A stretch of 64,000 nt of DNA from Squalus acanthias (taxonomy: Eukaryota): positions 62,001 to 126,000 of the forward strand of contig JASTWF010000339.1 of the NCBI GenBank assembly GCA_030390025.1, in the 5' to 3' direction. Shown piece by piece: positions 37,093 to 51,900 of this stretch; within the stretch, counting starts at the first letter, position 1; the number at the start of each line of letters is the position of its first letter. Under the pieces are notes generated by a model. That model was given only the letters and a program-made list of their open reading frames with translations, was not told the DNA's origin and did not search any database. The translations under genes and the position numbers were made by a program.

Positions 37093-38730
37093 ACATAGGA
37101 ACATAGGAACAGGGATAGGCCATTCAGCCCCTCGACCCTGCTCCGCCATTCAATGAGATCATGGCTGATCTACGACCTAACTCCATATACCCAACTTTGG
37201 TCCATATCCATTAATACCGTTGGTTAACAGAAAGCTATTAATCTCCGATTCAAAATTAACAATTGATCTATCATCCATTGCCATTTGCAGAAGAGAGTTC
37301 CAAACTTCTACCACCCGTTGTGTGTAGACGTGTTTCCTAATTCCACTCCTGAAAGGTCTGGCTCTAATTTTTAGACTATGCCCCCTAGTCCTAGAACCCC
37401 AACCAGCGGAAATAGTTTCTCTCTATCTACCTTATCTGTTTCCCTTAATATATTGAAAACCTCTATCAGATCACCCCTTAACCTTCTAAATTCTAGGAGA
37501 TACAACCCTAATTTGTGAAATCTCTCCTCGTAACTTAACCCTTGAAGTCCGGGTATCACTTTGGTAAACCTACGCTGCACTCCCTCCAAGGCCAATATAT
37601 CCTTCCTAAGGTGTGGTGCTCAGAACTACTTACAGTACTCCAGGTGTGGTCTAACCAGGGTTTTGTACAGCAACAGCATAACTTCTACCCCCTGTATTAA
37701 ACTCCTCTAGATATAAAGGCCAGCATTCCATTAGCCTATTGATTATTTTCTGTACCTGTTCGTGACAGTTTAATGATCTATGTGCATGGACCCCCAAGTC
37801 TCTTTGGACCACCACTGTTTTTAACTTTTCACCATTTAGAAAGTACCCTGTTCTATCCTTTTTAGGTCCAAAGTGGATGGCCTCACAGTTGCCTACATTG
37901 AAATCCAATTGCCACAGTTTTGCCCATTCACTTAATATGTCTATATCACTTTGTAATGTTATGCTTTCATCTACACTGCCTACAATGCCACCTATCTGTG
38001 TCATCAGCAAATTTGGAAATATGACTTTCTATGCCATCATCTAATTCGTTAATAAATACTGTGAATAGTTGAGGCCCCAACACAGATGCCTGCGGGACAC
38101 CACAAGTCACATCCTGCCCATTTGAGTACCTACCCATTATCCCTACTGCCTGTCTCCTGCCGCTCAGCCAATTTCCTAACCAGGTCAATAATTTGCCCTC
38201 AATTCCGTGGGCTTCCACCTTAGTTAACAGTCTCGTATGTGAGACTTTATCAAATGCCGTCTGGAAGTCCATATAAATAATATCCATAGACATTTCTCTG
38301 TTCACTACATTAGTTACCTCCTCAAAAAATTCACCCAGGTTTGTCAGGCATGACCTACCTTTCACATGCTGGCTCTTTCCATGATCAACTGAAAATTTTC
38401 GATGTGTTCAATCACCCTATCCTTAATTATAGACTCTAGCAATTTCCCGACAATGGATATTAGGCTAACTGGTCTATAATTCACAGGTATCCCTCTCTCG
38501 CCATTCTTAAATAGTGGAGTGACAAGCGCAATTTTCCAATCTAAAGGAACTGTTCCTGAATCGAGAGAGTTTGGAAGATTATAGTTCGGGCTTCTGCAAT
38601 GTGCTCACCTACTTCCTTTAAAATCCTGGGATGGAAACCATCTGGTCCTGGGGATTTATCACTCTTTAGTGCTATTATTTTCGTCATTACTATTATTTTA
38701 ATTACGTTAATTTTATTGAGTCCCTGTCCT
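37093..38730 (-). mobile_element. 5'-truncated CR1 LINE
   Basis: DFQTAFDKV, GVPQASVLGP, KFADD, LEGVQRRFT; acataggaacatagg tail at about 37093. Confidence 0.88.
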
Positions 38731-38734
38731 TACC

Positions 38735-39247
38735 AAAAGAAGGCTATACGTTCCTGAGAGGGACTGTACGAAGGTTCACTACACTGATTGCTGGGATGTG
38801 GGGATCGTCCTAGGAGGAGAGATTGAGTAGACTAGGCCTACATTTACTAGAGTTTAGAAGAATGTGAGATGATCTCATTGAAACATATATAACTCTTCAG
38901 GGGATTGACAGGCTAAATGCTGGAAGTATGCTTCCCTTGTCTGGGAGTCCAGAACTAGGGGTCACAGTCTCAGAATAAGGGGTCGGCCATTTGGGACAGG
39001 GATGAGGAGAAATTTCTTCACTCAAACGATTGTGAATCTTTGGAATTCCCTGCCCCAGAGACTGTGGATGCTCAGTCGTTGAGTATATTCAGAACTGAGA
39101 TTAATAGATTTTGGAGCACTATGGGAATCAAGGGATATGGGGATATGGCAGGAAAGTGGAGTTAAAGTAAAAGTTCAGCTATGGTCATATTGAATGGCGG
39201 GGCCGCCTCGTTAGGCCGAATGGCCTAATCCTGCTCCAAGTGTTCTT
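38735..39247 (+). mobile_element. CR1 3' fragment
   Basis: RRFTTLI...RTRGHSLRIRG...WNSL remnant and 3' UTR; tail interrupted by a MITE. Confidence 0.8.
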
Positions 39248-39433
39248 GGCCTAGAAATTCGTCTCAGGTGGTGGCGCAAAACGATCGGTACCGGATCGGC
39301 CGCCCGTTCTACGCATCTCCCGAATATCACTGGAACTGATGTGACCAAATGGAACTGAATATCAGGCCATAGAACGGACGGCCGATCTGATATCGTCTGT
39401 TTTGCGCCACCGTTCGAGACGAATTTCCAGGCC
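39248..39433. mobile_element. 186-bp MITE
   Basis: 18-bp TIRs GGCCTAGAAATTCGTCTC / GAGACGAATTTCCAGGCC (1 mismatch) plus inner ggtggcgcaaaac / gttttgcgccacc; sits within the CR1 tail (ttctt|...|tttatgttcttatt). Confidence 0.85.
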
Positions 39434-39594
39434 TTTATGTTCTTATTCATTACCTCCTCCTATATTGGTTTTCCCTCAGTTCCCGCACTTTGACCATGGT
39501 TTCTGCTGCATTATCTCCTCCAGTTCCAATCACATCATTCACGGCGTTAGCACAAAACAGATCAGACAGATCTTTGGGAAACATTCAAAGAAGT

Positions 39595-40360
39595 GACGAA
39601 GATTTCGCCCCCAGGAGGAAACAAGGGCCCGGATTGTCCGGGGCCTGTGGCTCACAAGTGCCCCACAACTTCTGGGTTTCCACATGCGATGTCCATGCGC
39701 GAAAACCGAACTTGCGATCTGTTAAGTTTCAGCTTGACAGACGGTATGAATCCAAAGGAAATGGACATTCGCTGGCACAAGGTTGCGCTGTTTGCTCAGC
39801 GAATGCCCACGACCCTCTTACGCCTGGTAAAAGCCGGGGGAAGGCCTTCCTTTACCAATGTAAGGGTTTAAATAAATGTGAAAAGAACATTTTTAACATG
39901 ATTTAAACATTCAAAAACCTTTAAAATTAGTTTAGGTTATTATTGGCATCTTTAAAAATGTTAACATTTATTTTTCAAAAAAAAATATTTTTGTTTTAAA
40001 TGTGTAATTAAATTGTGTTTTAATTAATTTTAAACATGTCATGTTTTATTTTTCTTTCAGTGGGGTGAAATGTCTTTTTTAGGGGAGTCCGATTATGTTT
40101 ATCGGGATTCCGGATGTAAATAAAATCCCAGGAAGCATGATGGGAATCCCCCTTTGTGATTGGTTGGGCCGGCCCACTTGTTCCCAGGGACGCTTGCGAA
40201 CCGCATGCACCTCTGAGACACGTGGGCCGTTTCGCAGGTGTACGCCTGCAGGCCCAGGAGCGCAAGAGTCTGAAGATACCGAGGTACCAGGTAGGTGCGT
40301 ATTTTCTTGCGGTTCGGAGGCATTCGCCCGCGGGAATCCTCCGACCGCAATTTCCAGCCC
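39595..40360. mobile_element. Probable MITE-like DNA transposon relic
   Basis: GC-rich ends, AT-rich centre, right end AATTTCCAGCCC like the other TIRs; left TIR unclear. Confidence 0.45.
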
Positions 40361-41713
40361 AAGAGTTTATAACACGGTGACTAAAATGGGTCACCATATA
40401 ATGGGACGTGAATCCTTCACCTGCTTGATTTGTGAGCTGAAACAGGAAATGTTTTGATATAATCTGTGGGAATGAGTTGTTCAGACTCAGTCTATTCCAG
40501 TTTGTTCTGTTGGTGAGTTTAAACCGGCTTCATATCCATTAAAATGGCCGCAAGGATCCAATCTCCCGTCAGTCCATCTTTAACCAGCAGTCGGTGCTGG
40601 CGCTCAGTGTTGGCGTTCCCAATAAGACCATCAGTTGTTCCCTCTTCTCACAGGAGACAATGGGGCGAACGCAGGGGAAAATCGGGCGTGGTGTGAAACG
40701 GGCGGTCAAATCAATACCGCCCGTTTTGCGCTCCGGCCCAAGACCAATTTCACCCAATGCTCTTTGTATCAAATTACTCTCAGTGTCTGGATCCAGTTAC
40801 ATTCTTTGCTGTTTCCATAGTCTTCTCTGTAAGACTGTGTTGGTGAAAGTCATTTCCGAGATTACCAATAACGTGTTGCAGCCACCCACAGATGGAGGCG
40901 GAATTCTGATTAACGCCTGACATTCCGCTGCTTCAATTCCGGCCGGATCATGATCCAGAACACACAGAATTACAGGGAGGTTACAGCAGGGAAACAGGCC
41001 ATTCGGATTCATTAGTCCAGTGTTGGTGTTCATCCTAATCCCATGTACCCGCCCTGTTCCCTGATCCCTTCATTCACTTTTCTTCAACCACCTCTCTAAC
41101 TTATTATCCAATATTAACACGGTCTCTGCTTCAGTCACTACCTCTGATAGTGAGTCACACAGTCTCACAATCATTTATGTAAAAAGTGCGCTCCAAGCTC
41201 TCTGTCCTAAACTAATTAATCTTATATCTGTTTCCCTAATCTCTAACTTGTTACTCTAACTATATAAAATGTGGTCCCTGCATTGTACTGACTCGCGGAC
41301 AGTCAGAGGCCTGTGTTTGGTGTTTACTGTTGACATTTGTACTGTATCATTGTTAATATTAATCTGATTCATGTTTGTAATTGTGAGAAAGTTTTCAAAG
41401 TAGCAATTACTTCAATTATTATGAATAACAGACATATTATCAAAGTTCCTGAATCAGTGACTTTAAACTAATGTGCCCGTGTGAATTAAAGCGATGCTAT
41501 CAGTGTTGGGAACTGGATCATTCATTGTTTTCTGTACCGAGAGTGAACCGGAAGCACTTTCAGGAAAGGTGTCGGATAGGTCAGATTCAGAATAGAACTC
41601 CAATTCATTGCAACGTCATGCACGCCGGAAGGGAAACTGTAGACTAAAACAATGATCCAGATTTACCATTGATTGGTCGAATCATTAATTACAAACACAC
41701 TCAGTTATAAACA

Positions 41714-41935
41714 GTGTCCTGGCCAATGTATAACACTCAACCAACATCACTAAAACAGATTAGCTGGTCATTATCACATTGCTGTTTGTTGGAGCTGGCT
41801 TTGCGCAAATTGGCTACCGCATGTCCTACATTACAACAGTGACTGCATTTCACTCGTACTTCATTGACTGTAAAGCGCTTTGGGATGTGCTGAAGTCGGG
41901 AATGTTGATATATGAATGCAAGAGTGTTTTTTCTT
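41714..41935 (+). mobile_element. Deu-SINE-like 3' half with L2-type tail
   Basis: gtgtcctggccaat...caaccaacatcactaaaacagat...cattgctgtttg...tgtaaagcgctttgggatg...atatgaatgcaag (family assignment from recall). Confidence 0.6.
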
Positions 41936-42356
41936 TTGAACAGCCGGAACTAGTTCTATAATTACTGGCAGTAAAGTGCGGCATTGGTTAATAAAGTATT
42001 AAAATATGAGCTCATCTCAGGGTATCGAGGTCTGATCAAGACCAGAAGTTGACGTTACTACCAATCATTTCAACCAATTGCTTTGCTTGGTAAACAAGGG
42101 CTCCGCTACTGATAATCTAATCTCGTGTACAGAAGAGTATCTTGGTTTCATAAATAGGGCAGCGCCGTGTTACCGAATTTCAAATCAATATGCATTAGCC
42201 ATAGAAACACTTAAATTTACAGAAGGGGAACATTCGGCCAATCGATATCTGTGCCGGATCGTTGATATGGAAAGATACAAATTTGCAATTATATAGCACC
42301 TGGGACGTGCTCATGATGTCCCAAAGCGAATAGTAGGATTAGTTTTGGATTGCTAG

Positions 42357-42675
42357 ATTAATCCAAAATTAATCCCACTGCCCCGCTTTCTCTCCATAGA
42401 CCTGCATCGATCAAATTCAATTCCCACTGCCCCGTTCTCGCCACGTTGCCCTGTATGAAAGCAAACATAATCCCATTGCCCCGCTCTCTCCACCACATAG
42501 CCCTGTACCAAACCCAAACTAATTCGACTGCCCCACGCTAACCCCACAGCCCTGTATCGATCCAAAACAATTCCCACTGCCCCATTCTTTCCCCGCAGCT
42601 CTGCATCAATCCCAATCTATTTCCACTGCCCCACTGTCTCTACATAGCCCTGTATCAGTCCCAAACTAATCCCAG
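42357..42675 (+). repeat. Degenerate tandem repeat, about 48-bp unit
   Basis: aatcccactgccccgctctctcc...atagccctgtatc units, about 6 copies. Confidence 0.75.
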
Positions 42676-42983
42676 TCAGAGGGACCATGAACTATGACGC
42701 TGCGCAGATACACCAGAGCAATGAGCTCCTCAACACTAGAAAAGGTGCAAATGATGAAATCAGAAATAGAAAATGACCAGCTATATTCCAACTTTAATAA
42801 ACAGTTACCAGTTGATACAAAGCATTAAAATCAGTTCATTCTTTCCATTGTCGTAGGGCGGGAAGTGGGAAAAGCAGGATTAGACAATGAGATCACGCTC
42901 TCATGACGATTCCCGACAGCAGCAGAGAAACTAAAAGTCCAACATCTGAACAACACTTGTCAAGTGAGTGAAAAATTACTGCT

Positions 42984-43740
42984 CACCTGTCAGTAAATTG
43001 GGATGTTTGAGTCTCTGGTGCAGGAAGGTCAGCTGTCTGTAAATTGGGATGTTTGTGTCTCTGGTACGGGAAGGTCACCTGTCAGTGAATTGGGGTGTTT
43101 GTGTCTCTGGTACAGGAATGTCAGCTGTCTGTAAATTGGGATGTTTGTGTCTCTGGTACGGGAATGTCAGCTGTCTGTAAATTGGGGTGTTTGTGTCTCT
43201 GGTACAGGAAGGTCACCTGTCAGTAAATTGGAATGTTTGTGTCTCTGGTACAGGAGGGTCACCTGTCAGTAAATTGGAATGTTTGTGTCACTGGTACAGG
43301 AAGGTCACCTGTCAGTAAATTGGGATGTTTGTGTCTCTGGTACGGGAAGGTCACCTGTCAGTGAATTGGGGTGTTTGTGTCTCTGGTACAGGAATGTCAG
43401 CTGTCTGTAAATTGGGATGTTTGTGTCTCTGGTACGGGAATGTCAGCTGTCTGTAAATTGGGGTGTTTGTGTCTCTGGTACAGGAAGGTCACCTGTCAGT
43501 AAATTGGAATGTTTGTGTCTCTGGTACAGGAGGGTCACCTGTCAGTAAATTGGAATGTTTGTGTCTCTTGTACAGGAAGTTACCCTGTCAGTAAATTGGG
43601 ATGTTTGTGTCTCTGGTACAGGAAGGTGACCTGTCAGTAAATTGGGATGTTTGTGTCACTGGTACAAGAAGTTCACCTGCCAGTAAATTGGGATGTTTGT
43701 GTTTCTGGGACAGGAAGTTCACCTGTCAGTAAATTGGGAT
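42984..43740 (+). repeat. 46-bp minisatellite (about 16 copies)
   Basis: Unit cctgtcagtaaattgggatgtttgtgtctctggtacaggaaggtca; the variant pattern repeats at 276 bp (6 units). Confidence 0.95.
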
Positions 43741-43966
43741 TAATGTTTTCCTGCCCCATTGCACAACACTACACTACTCATTTCAGTCTTTGAATCTTAT
43801 CTTTACACTAATATAGATAGTGATTTTTGTATGTCAACAAACAGGGAAATGTTCCCTGTTTACATCAATCCATTCCCAGCGGCGGAAAAAAAATGTTCTC
43901 CAAATGTAAAGCAGGCCAGATCAATTCGGATAATGCAGATTTCTTGCTGGAACTTATGTTTTTTCT

Positions 43967-44865
43967 TTATTTAATTAAATTACCTATTAGTTTGAGCGGA
44001 TATTGCACCATATTCTTTAACTCTTCCCTAAATTTGCTCTGTGTCACTGCATAAATAAATGTGTTTGTGCAGCAACTCAACAGCTGAAGCATTTGCACTT
44101 TCTCGGAGAATAAATTTGGGGTCACTGAAACCGTTGATTTTATAATCATTTGTAAATCGTTCATATAAGAATTGTACAACATACGTCATCCACAACAGGA
44201 TGAAACTGCCCGAGATGGTGAAGAGTAAAACGATGGACTTTTTCCGGCTCTCCATCTCTGGGTCACTCTGATTCTCGCCATTGCCGTGGGCCCGGAGTCT
44301 CCTGCGGGCTCTACTGGCCGCTAGAATGTATCTGACGGTCAGAGCATTGAGCAGCAAAATCAGAATGAATGGGAGACACGGGGTTAAAATGCGGTCACTC
44401 CATTGGAAAGCTTCCCGTACGGGTGAAGTATTATGGAGTTCCTTCAGTCTGCAATACCACGGGACATTGTTAATTATGATAATGGGTTCATGTATAAAGT
44501 ACCAGGGGATATCGATTAAACATCCCAGGGCACAGATCGTTCCTATTACAATGGCAGCCGTTCTCTTGGTGCAATATTTTGTTTTCAGCTTCTGGCAACA
44601 AATGGCCACAAATCGATCGAAGGTGAAAGCGACCGTTAACCAGACAGAACTGTCTCTGGCTGCATAGATTAACGTAATGCTGAGACTACATACGGGCGTG
44701 ATGGACAGGAAGCTACCTGGAAAATAAATAGCAGGAATCCGGTTTAATATCACAGCGTGATAATGACCAGGAGATCCGTCACCGCCATGGACACCAGGTA
44801 CCGAGTGATACATCTGGAGAGACCGCACCTTCCTCGGGACAGGATCACAATCGCCACTAAATTAA
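43967..44865 (-). pseudogene. GPR139-like GPCR exon 2, frameshifted pseudogene
   Basis: Acceptor ttacAG 44867-44866; NLVAIVILSRGRCG, FTFDRFVAICC, NTFIY; frameshifts near 44757 (1-nt loss in ACC GCT) and near 44095. Confidence 0.87.
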
Positions 44866-45483
44866 CTGTAAGAGAGAGAGAGAGAGAAAAGAGAAGTTAC
44901 AGAATAGACTCCCAGATGAAGTAATATATTGACCCGAATTCTATAAAGTTTCTGCAGATCAGACATGATCTCAAGGAATGACGGAACAGGCTCGAAGGGA
45001 AGAATGGCCAACTCCTGATCCAGCTTTGATATTATAGCGATGGGAAAAGATAAAAATCTCCAAGGTGGAGCTGAGACAGACCAGAGACCTCGGTTGAAAG
45101 AAAAATAATATTTAAACTAATCGGGGCACCAAATCCATTAAAATAAATGGAAAATTCAAATAGGTTAAAAGAGTCGATTGTGTCATGATGAATATAATAA
45201 ATCATTAAGTCATACATCCAGATGTAAGATAATGTATTAAAAACCACACAATCAACATAGTAACAGTAGCATAAAATTCAAAACAAAATTTAAATGAACA
45301 TTACACCAATGAAACAAAGTTTGTGGAGCCTTGTATTGATGTGACCCCCTGACAGGTCTCTCAATATATTAGAACCGCTTCACATTGATAGACCCGGCAG
45401 TGTGTATGTGCCAGGTCCCACAAACAGCAATGAAACCATTAATCAGTTAGTCTAGAAATGAGGACATTGGTTGAGAAAATAAT

Positions 45484-46249
45484 GGCCCGAAAATTAAACC
45501 TAATACGCGAGAGTACGCACTGTGTACTCTCGCGTATTAGGTCCCGAATTGCCGGTTTCCTGCATGCACTGCGCATGCGCGGGAAACCGGCACTTCGTGA
45601 ATTGCAAAGGGGGCGGTTCCTAAGTGAACCGCGTGCGCGCTACAGGTTGTGCGCACGCGGTGCACATAGTTTTTTTTTCAGGTTTGAACGCGCAGGTAAG
45701 TGGTGAAGATTTTACACATAAAGAAAGCAGGCGTAGGACCCCCTTTTAACAAGGTAAGTAGTTAATTAAGTGTTATTTTAAATTTTTTTCAACAGGTTTA
45801 TCTTTTTTAGAGACTTTAAAGAAAGGTAAGTTTATTTTTATAACTTTTCAAAAGATTTTAAATTTTTTTCAAAAATTTAATTTTTTGTTTAAAGTGGTTA
45901 ATTTATTTAACTATACTTATTTTATTAATGTGATGGTTTTTAAAAAAAATTTAATTGAGGTTTAGCTGTTCTTTTGGGGGCAAGTTGTATTCATAGTTTT
46001 GACAGGTCTCATGTCAAAACTATGAATGAAAGATGGTGTGCTGCCATTGGTGCTAACTGGCCCACGTGATCCCAGAGGTCGCATCGAACTAACTGCACCT
46101 CTGGGACATGCACACACTGCGCGCCGGCACCAGGGAGAGGCCCAGGAACTGAAGTTCGTGTGGGCCAAAAACTTAAAGGCAGGCACGGACTGCGATATCG
46201 CGGGGGATCCTTACCCCCGCGGCAACCATCGAAGTCCAATTTCTGGGCC
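45484..46249 (-). mobile_element. MITE-like element, second copy of 16803-17560
   Basis: TIRs GGCCCGAAAATT / AATTTCTGGGCC; full-length reverse-complement similarity. Confidence 0.82.
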
Positions 46250-46259
46250 ACTCTCCCGG

Positions 46260-46600
46260 GCACTAGGACCCGGTTGGGAACAGACACTGAAGCCCCGCCC
46301 ACTCTTTGTTCCTGACCAAGATGACCGCGCATGCGCTTTGCTATTCACTGAATCAAGATGGCGGCCGTTATCCTGGGCCCGAAGCTGAAACGCGGGACCT
46401 TCAGGTTATTATTCGGGGTTTGCGGCCTGCACCAGTTGTTCATGAAGCCTCCCCGCCCACTTTCTGGTCCATTACTCCGCTCCGTCGGTCCGCATCTTCG
46501 TGATTAAGCGAAGCTGGTCCGTGGCAGCCATCTCTCTAATTCCACGCACCGCGCATGCTCCAAACCCAGGCTGTCCTGCGCCTGCGCACTGGGCTCCTGT
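46260..46600. promoter_or_regulatory. CpG-island-like promoter candidate
   Basis: GC boxes (gccccgccc, ccccgccc), NRF1-like gcgcatgcgc at about 46327, YY1-like caagatggcggcc at about 46354. Confidence 0.5.
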
Positions 46601-46969
46601 AGTCTTGGTAATATTTTATTCAAAAACAATAATACCTGTACAATTCATCAATTACATAGTAAATCCATTACATTCATCCATCACAGTAAAAAATAAAGCC
46701 TTAAAAACAGCCTTATAGTTAATATAAATGCAATGATTAATTTTACAAATCATCAATAATCTTTACAGTACAAATACCTTTAAACAATACCACACAACTT
46801 TTTAGATTTAAAATAATAAATCTCAAAGTTAACTCCACATGAAACAAAAACCATTTCAACACCACAGTGTACAAACACATAGCACCATCATAATCCAATT
46901 AAATGCTACAGATAACACTTATTCCAATAAACCAAGAAAAAAAATCTGTTTTACGCCAGTCCTACTGGC

Positions 46970-47620
46970 ATTGTTCGTTCGATCATTCAAGTGTTCGTTC
47001 GTTCGATCGATCGAGCGTAAGTTCCAATATGTATGTATGAGTGCGTGCGTATCATTTGTCTAAGTGCGCGCCTGGGTGCGTTCGTTCGAATCGTTCGTTC
47101 CATCACTGCACAAGTGATCATTCGTTTGCTCGAGTGTAAGTTCCAATGTGCATGCTTGCGTTCGCTCGAATCGTTCGTTCGACCACTACCCCGTGAGGTC
47201 GTTCGTTTGATCGAGTGTAAGTTCCAATATGTATGTATGAATGCGTGCGTGCGTATCATTTGTCTAAGTGCGCGCCTGCGTGCGTTCGCTCGATTATCGT
47301 TCGTTTGATCGTTCACCACGCGATCATTCATTCGCTCGAGTGTAAGTTCCAATGTGCATGCTTGCATTCGCTCGAATCGTTCGTTCGACCACTACCCCAT
47401 GAGGTTGTTCGTTCGATCGAGTGTAAGTTCCAGTATGTATGTATGAATGCGTGTGTGCGTAGCATTTGTCTAAGTGCGTGCCTGCGTGCATTCACTCGAA
47501 TCGTTCGTTCTATCACTGCACAAGTGATCATTCGTTCGATCGAGTGTAAGTTCCAATATGCATGAATGCGTTCGTTCGAATCGTTCATCCGTTCGTTCAC
47601 TCAAGCGTCCGTTCATTCAA
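46970..47620 (+). repeat. CpG-rich dimeric tandem repeat (about 120 + about 81 bp subunits)
   Basis: taagttcca recurs with spacings alternating about 120 and about 81 bp; rich in ttcgttcg and gatcga. Confidence 0.85.
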
Positions 47621-47994
47621 TAAATTACCAATATTAATTTACTTTATCTTTTCAAACACACCAACACTAGACAATAACCTCAAAATAAATTCCTACATAA
47701 CCACCAATACATCACCATGTGCAAATTCCCACAGTCCTTATCAGAAAATCAATTAAGCTTCAAGTAAACTGCTTTCAAACAGAAAACCTGAAACCTTCCC
47801 AACAAAACAATTAAATACCAGTTCTACACCAGTCCTATTGGCAATCCATTAACTCATATCATTTGATGTTGTCGAACCATGTAAAGTCATAGTCCTTGTC
47901 CACAGTCTTCAGCCCTTCCATGGAAAAAGAAGCCATCCACTTCCTGAAATCCCATAAAAAGACCGAACACTCAAATCTTCTTCTGCTTGCTATG

Positions 47995-48415
47995 GAAGTG
48001 GTCCCTGGAATTGGTGTAACAGTGTAAGTGGTCCTAAGATTTGGTGTCACATTGTAAGTGGTCCCTGGATCTGGTGTCACAGTGTAACTGCTCCCTGGAA
48101 TTGGTGTAACAGTGTAAGAGGTCCCTAGATTTGGTGTCTAATTGTAAGTGCTCCCTGGAATTGATGTAACAGTGTAAGTGGTCCCTGGATTTGGTGTCTC
48201 AGTGTAAGTGGTCCCTGGATTTGGTGTCTCAGTGTAATTGGTCCCTGGATTTGGTGTCTGGGTGTAAGTGGTCCCTGGTTTTCGTGTCACACTGTAAGTG
48301 GTTCCTGGATTTGGTGTCTGTAATTGGTCCATGGATTTCATGTCTCATTGTAAGTGGTGCTTGGATTTGGAGCCACAGTGTTACTGTTCCTGGATTTGGT
48401 GTCTCAATGTAAGTG
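47995..48415 (+). repeat. 30-bp minisatellite (about 14 copies)
   Basis: Unit agtgtaagtggtccctggatttggtgtcac. Confidence 0.92.
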
Positions 48416-49419
48416 ACCCCCACACAGAGTGGGTTCCTACATGTGGCAGCCCATCTGGCGGGGCCCGCTGGTTCAGGATATAAAGAGACAGCGTGCTGTT
48501 CCTCCTCCCACTGCCTGGGGGAATGGGCCAGATATTTAAAGGGACAGGGACTCCCCTTTCTCTGTCTATTTATATTTAAAGGGACAGACCCGTTTATCTT
48601 GGAGTGTCGGCGGACTTCACTAACAGAGCTCCCATTAACAGTCGCTTCCTTCTGTACTGTGCAGTGATTGTAAACATGTCTGTTTCAGTGACTTGAGCCT
48701 TTCTAAAATGTCTCACTGTTTTTGATGATCCATTTGACTTGCTTGGTTAATTTTGAAAGACTTCAGAAATTTGCAGTGTGACGAAGGTTTCCTTTGAAGG
48801 TGGAGTAACATTTCTTTCAGAATGTTCTCTTCTAACCCTTCCCACCTCCACATTGGCCCCGCCCCACCACCACCTCCACTTTAAAACACTCGGCACTACT
48901 GACTGGGAAGGTCCAAAGTGCAGTCCTTGATCTGGGCTGTTAGTTGATCTCAGGCACGGCAACAGTTCAGGGGCCAGAATTGGCCTCAGCACCACTGGGC
49001 TAAATAAGAGTAAAAATCAGCCACTGCCCCTGCTCTTGATGGAGATCCAGTCACATCAACTGGGAAGTGTATGGATGTCAATTGAGGGCAGGATTGGACT
49101 CGGCTGTGATGCCTACCACAGGGGAAATGCTGCTGACACTCACTGAGTCGGCTGACGGTGAGGCACTAGAGGTTAACTAATGTCTGTGGAATTGCACCCA
49201 GCCAGATTCAGCGTCTTCTGGAGAGAAGGGGAGAAACAAAATCCCAGCCAGTGCAATGCATGTTGATTTTAGACAGTAAGGATGGAGGCAGAGTTTGTAG
49301 AATGGGGAATTTACAGCTTAGGAGGGGCAGGAGAGGACAGAACGTTCGATAGGAACTAGAATTGTCTGTTCTGACTTTCTATCCTGCACTTAAAGTAACA
49401 ACGTTTGTAAAGACCATTT

Positions 49420-50910
<1,491 letters not shown>

Positions 50911-51059
50911 GCAGGGGTCTGGATACTGTTATTAATCACATCCAGCACTGAACCATGGCAGAGTGCCCGTGCACTTGGGTTTCTGTGTGAATTATTGATG
51001 AATTCTCTCTCAATGGGGTCACAGAAATTCATTCTCCATTCACTAATTGGGTCTTTCAA

Positions 51060-51480
51060 TGTTCCCCAGCATGCCCCGCGGGGGAGAATGTGCCCCAACA
51101 CTCTGGAGGAGCCCAGTGCGCAGGCGCAGTGTCCGCCGGTATTTGGAGCATGCGCAGTGTCACTGTGATCAGAGCCGGGCGAGTGCGGAAAGGTCGGTGT
51201 CGCGATTTTTGCGCCGATTACGAATCAGCGGACGCAGGGAGGTAACGTACCCGGTGGGTGGGCTTCATAAACACCTGGTGTAGGCCGCAAGCCCCGACTG
51301 AGAACCTACGGGTACCGCGTTTGCAGCTCGGAGGCTTTTTCCCAGGAACTGTCCCGGGTTAACGGCGACCATCTTTGTAAAGGAAAGCTGAGGGTTTTAT
51401 GCGTCGCCATCTTGCTTCATCGAGCGGTAGAGCGCATGCGTGGCCATCTTTGTAAAGTAGCCTCCAGTGGACGTGGCTTC
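51060..51480 (+). promoter_or_regulatory. CpG-island promoter and non-coding exon 1 of ZNF gene B
   Basis: NRF1-like tgcgcaggcgca (51117-51128), gcatgcgca and gcgcatgcgt; YY1-like gccatctt twice; candidate donor GAG|GTAACG at 51242. Confidence 0.6.
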
Positions 51481-51487
51481 AGGGTCC

Positions 51488-51900
51488 CAGTGAGTGAACT
51501 GAACCCAGCCAGAGTCAGCACCTTCAGAGGAGGAGAGGGAGGGGAACCAGAGAGTGTAGAACTGAACCCAGCCAAAGTCAGCACCTTCAGGGGAGGAGAG
51601 AGAGGGAACCAGTGAGTGTAGAACTGAACCCAGCCAGAGTCAGCACCTTCAGGGGAGGAGAGGGAGGGCAACCAGAGAGTGTAGAACTGAACCCAGCCAA
51701 AGTCAGCACCTTCAGGGGAGGAGAGGGGAACCAGTGAGTGTAGAACTGAACCCAGCCAGAGTCAGCACCTTCAGGGGAGGAGAGGGAGGGGAACCAGCGA
51801 GTGTAGAACTGAACCCAGCCAGAGTCAGCACCTTCAGGGGAGGAGAGGGAGTGGAACCAGTGAATGTAGAACTGAACCCAGCCAGAGTCAGCGCCTTCAG
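51488..51900 (-). repeat. 63-bp minisatellite (about 6 copies) in the ZNF intron
   Basis: Reverse complement of the 12505-13040 unit. Confidence 0.93.

Noticed and set aside
48138..48341. TPNPGTTYT mucin-like ORF
   Set aside because: Translation of the 30-bp minisatellite; no splice or gene context seen.
44866..49000. Exon 1 of the third GPCR copy
   Set aside because: No convincing YY...GVP|GT exon was found by eye upstream on the minus strand.
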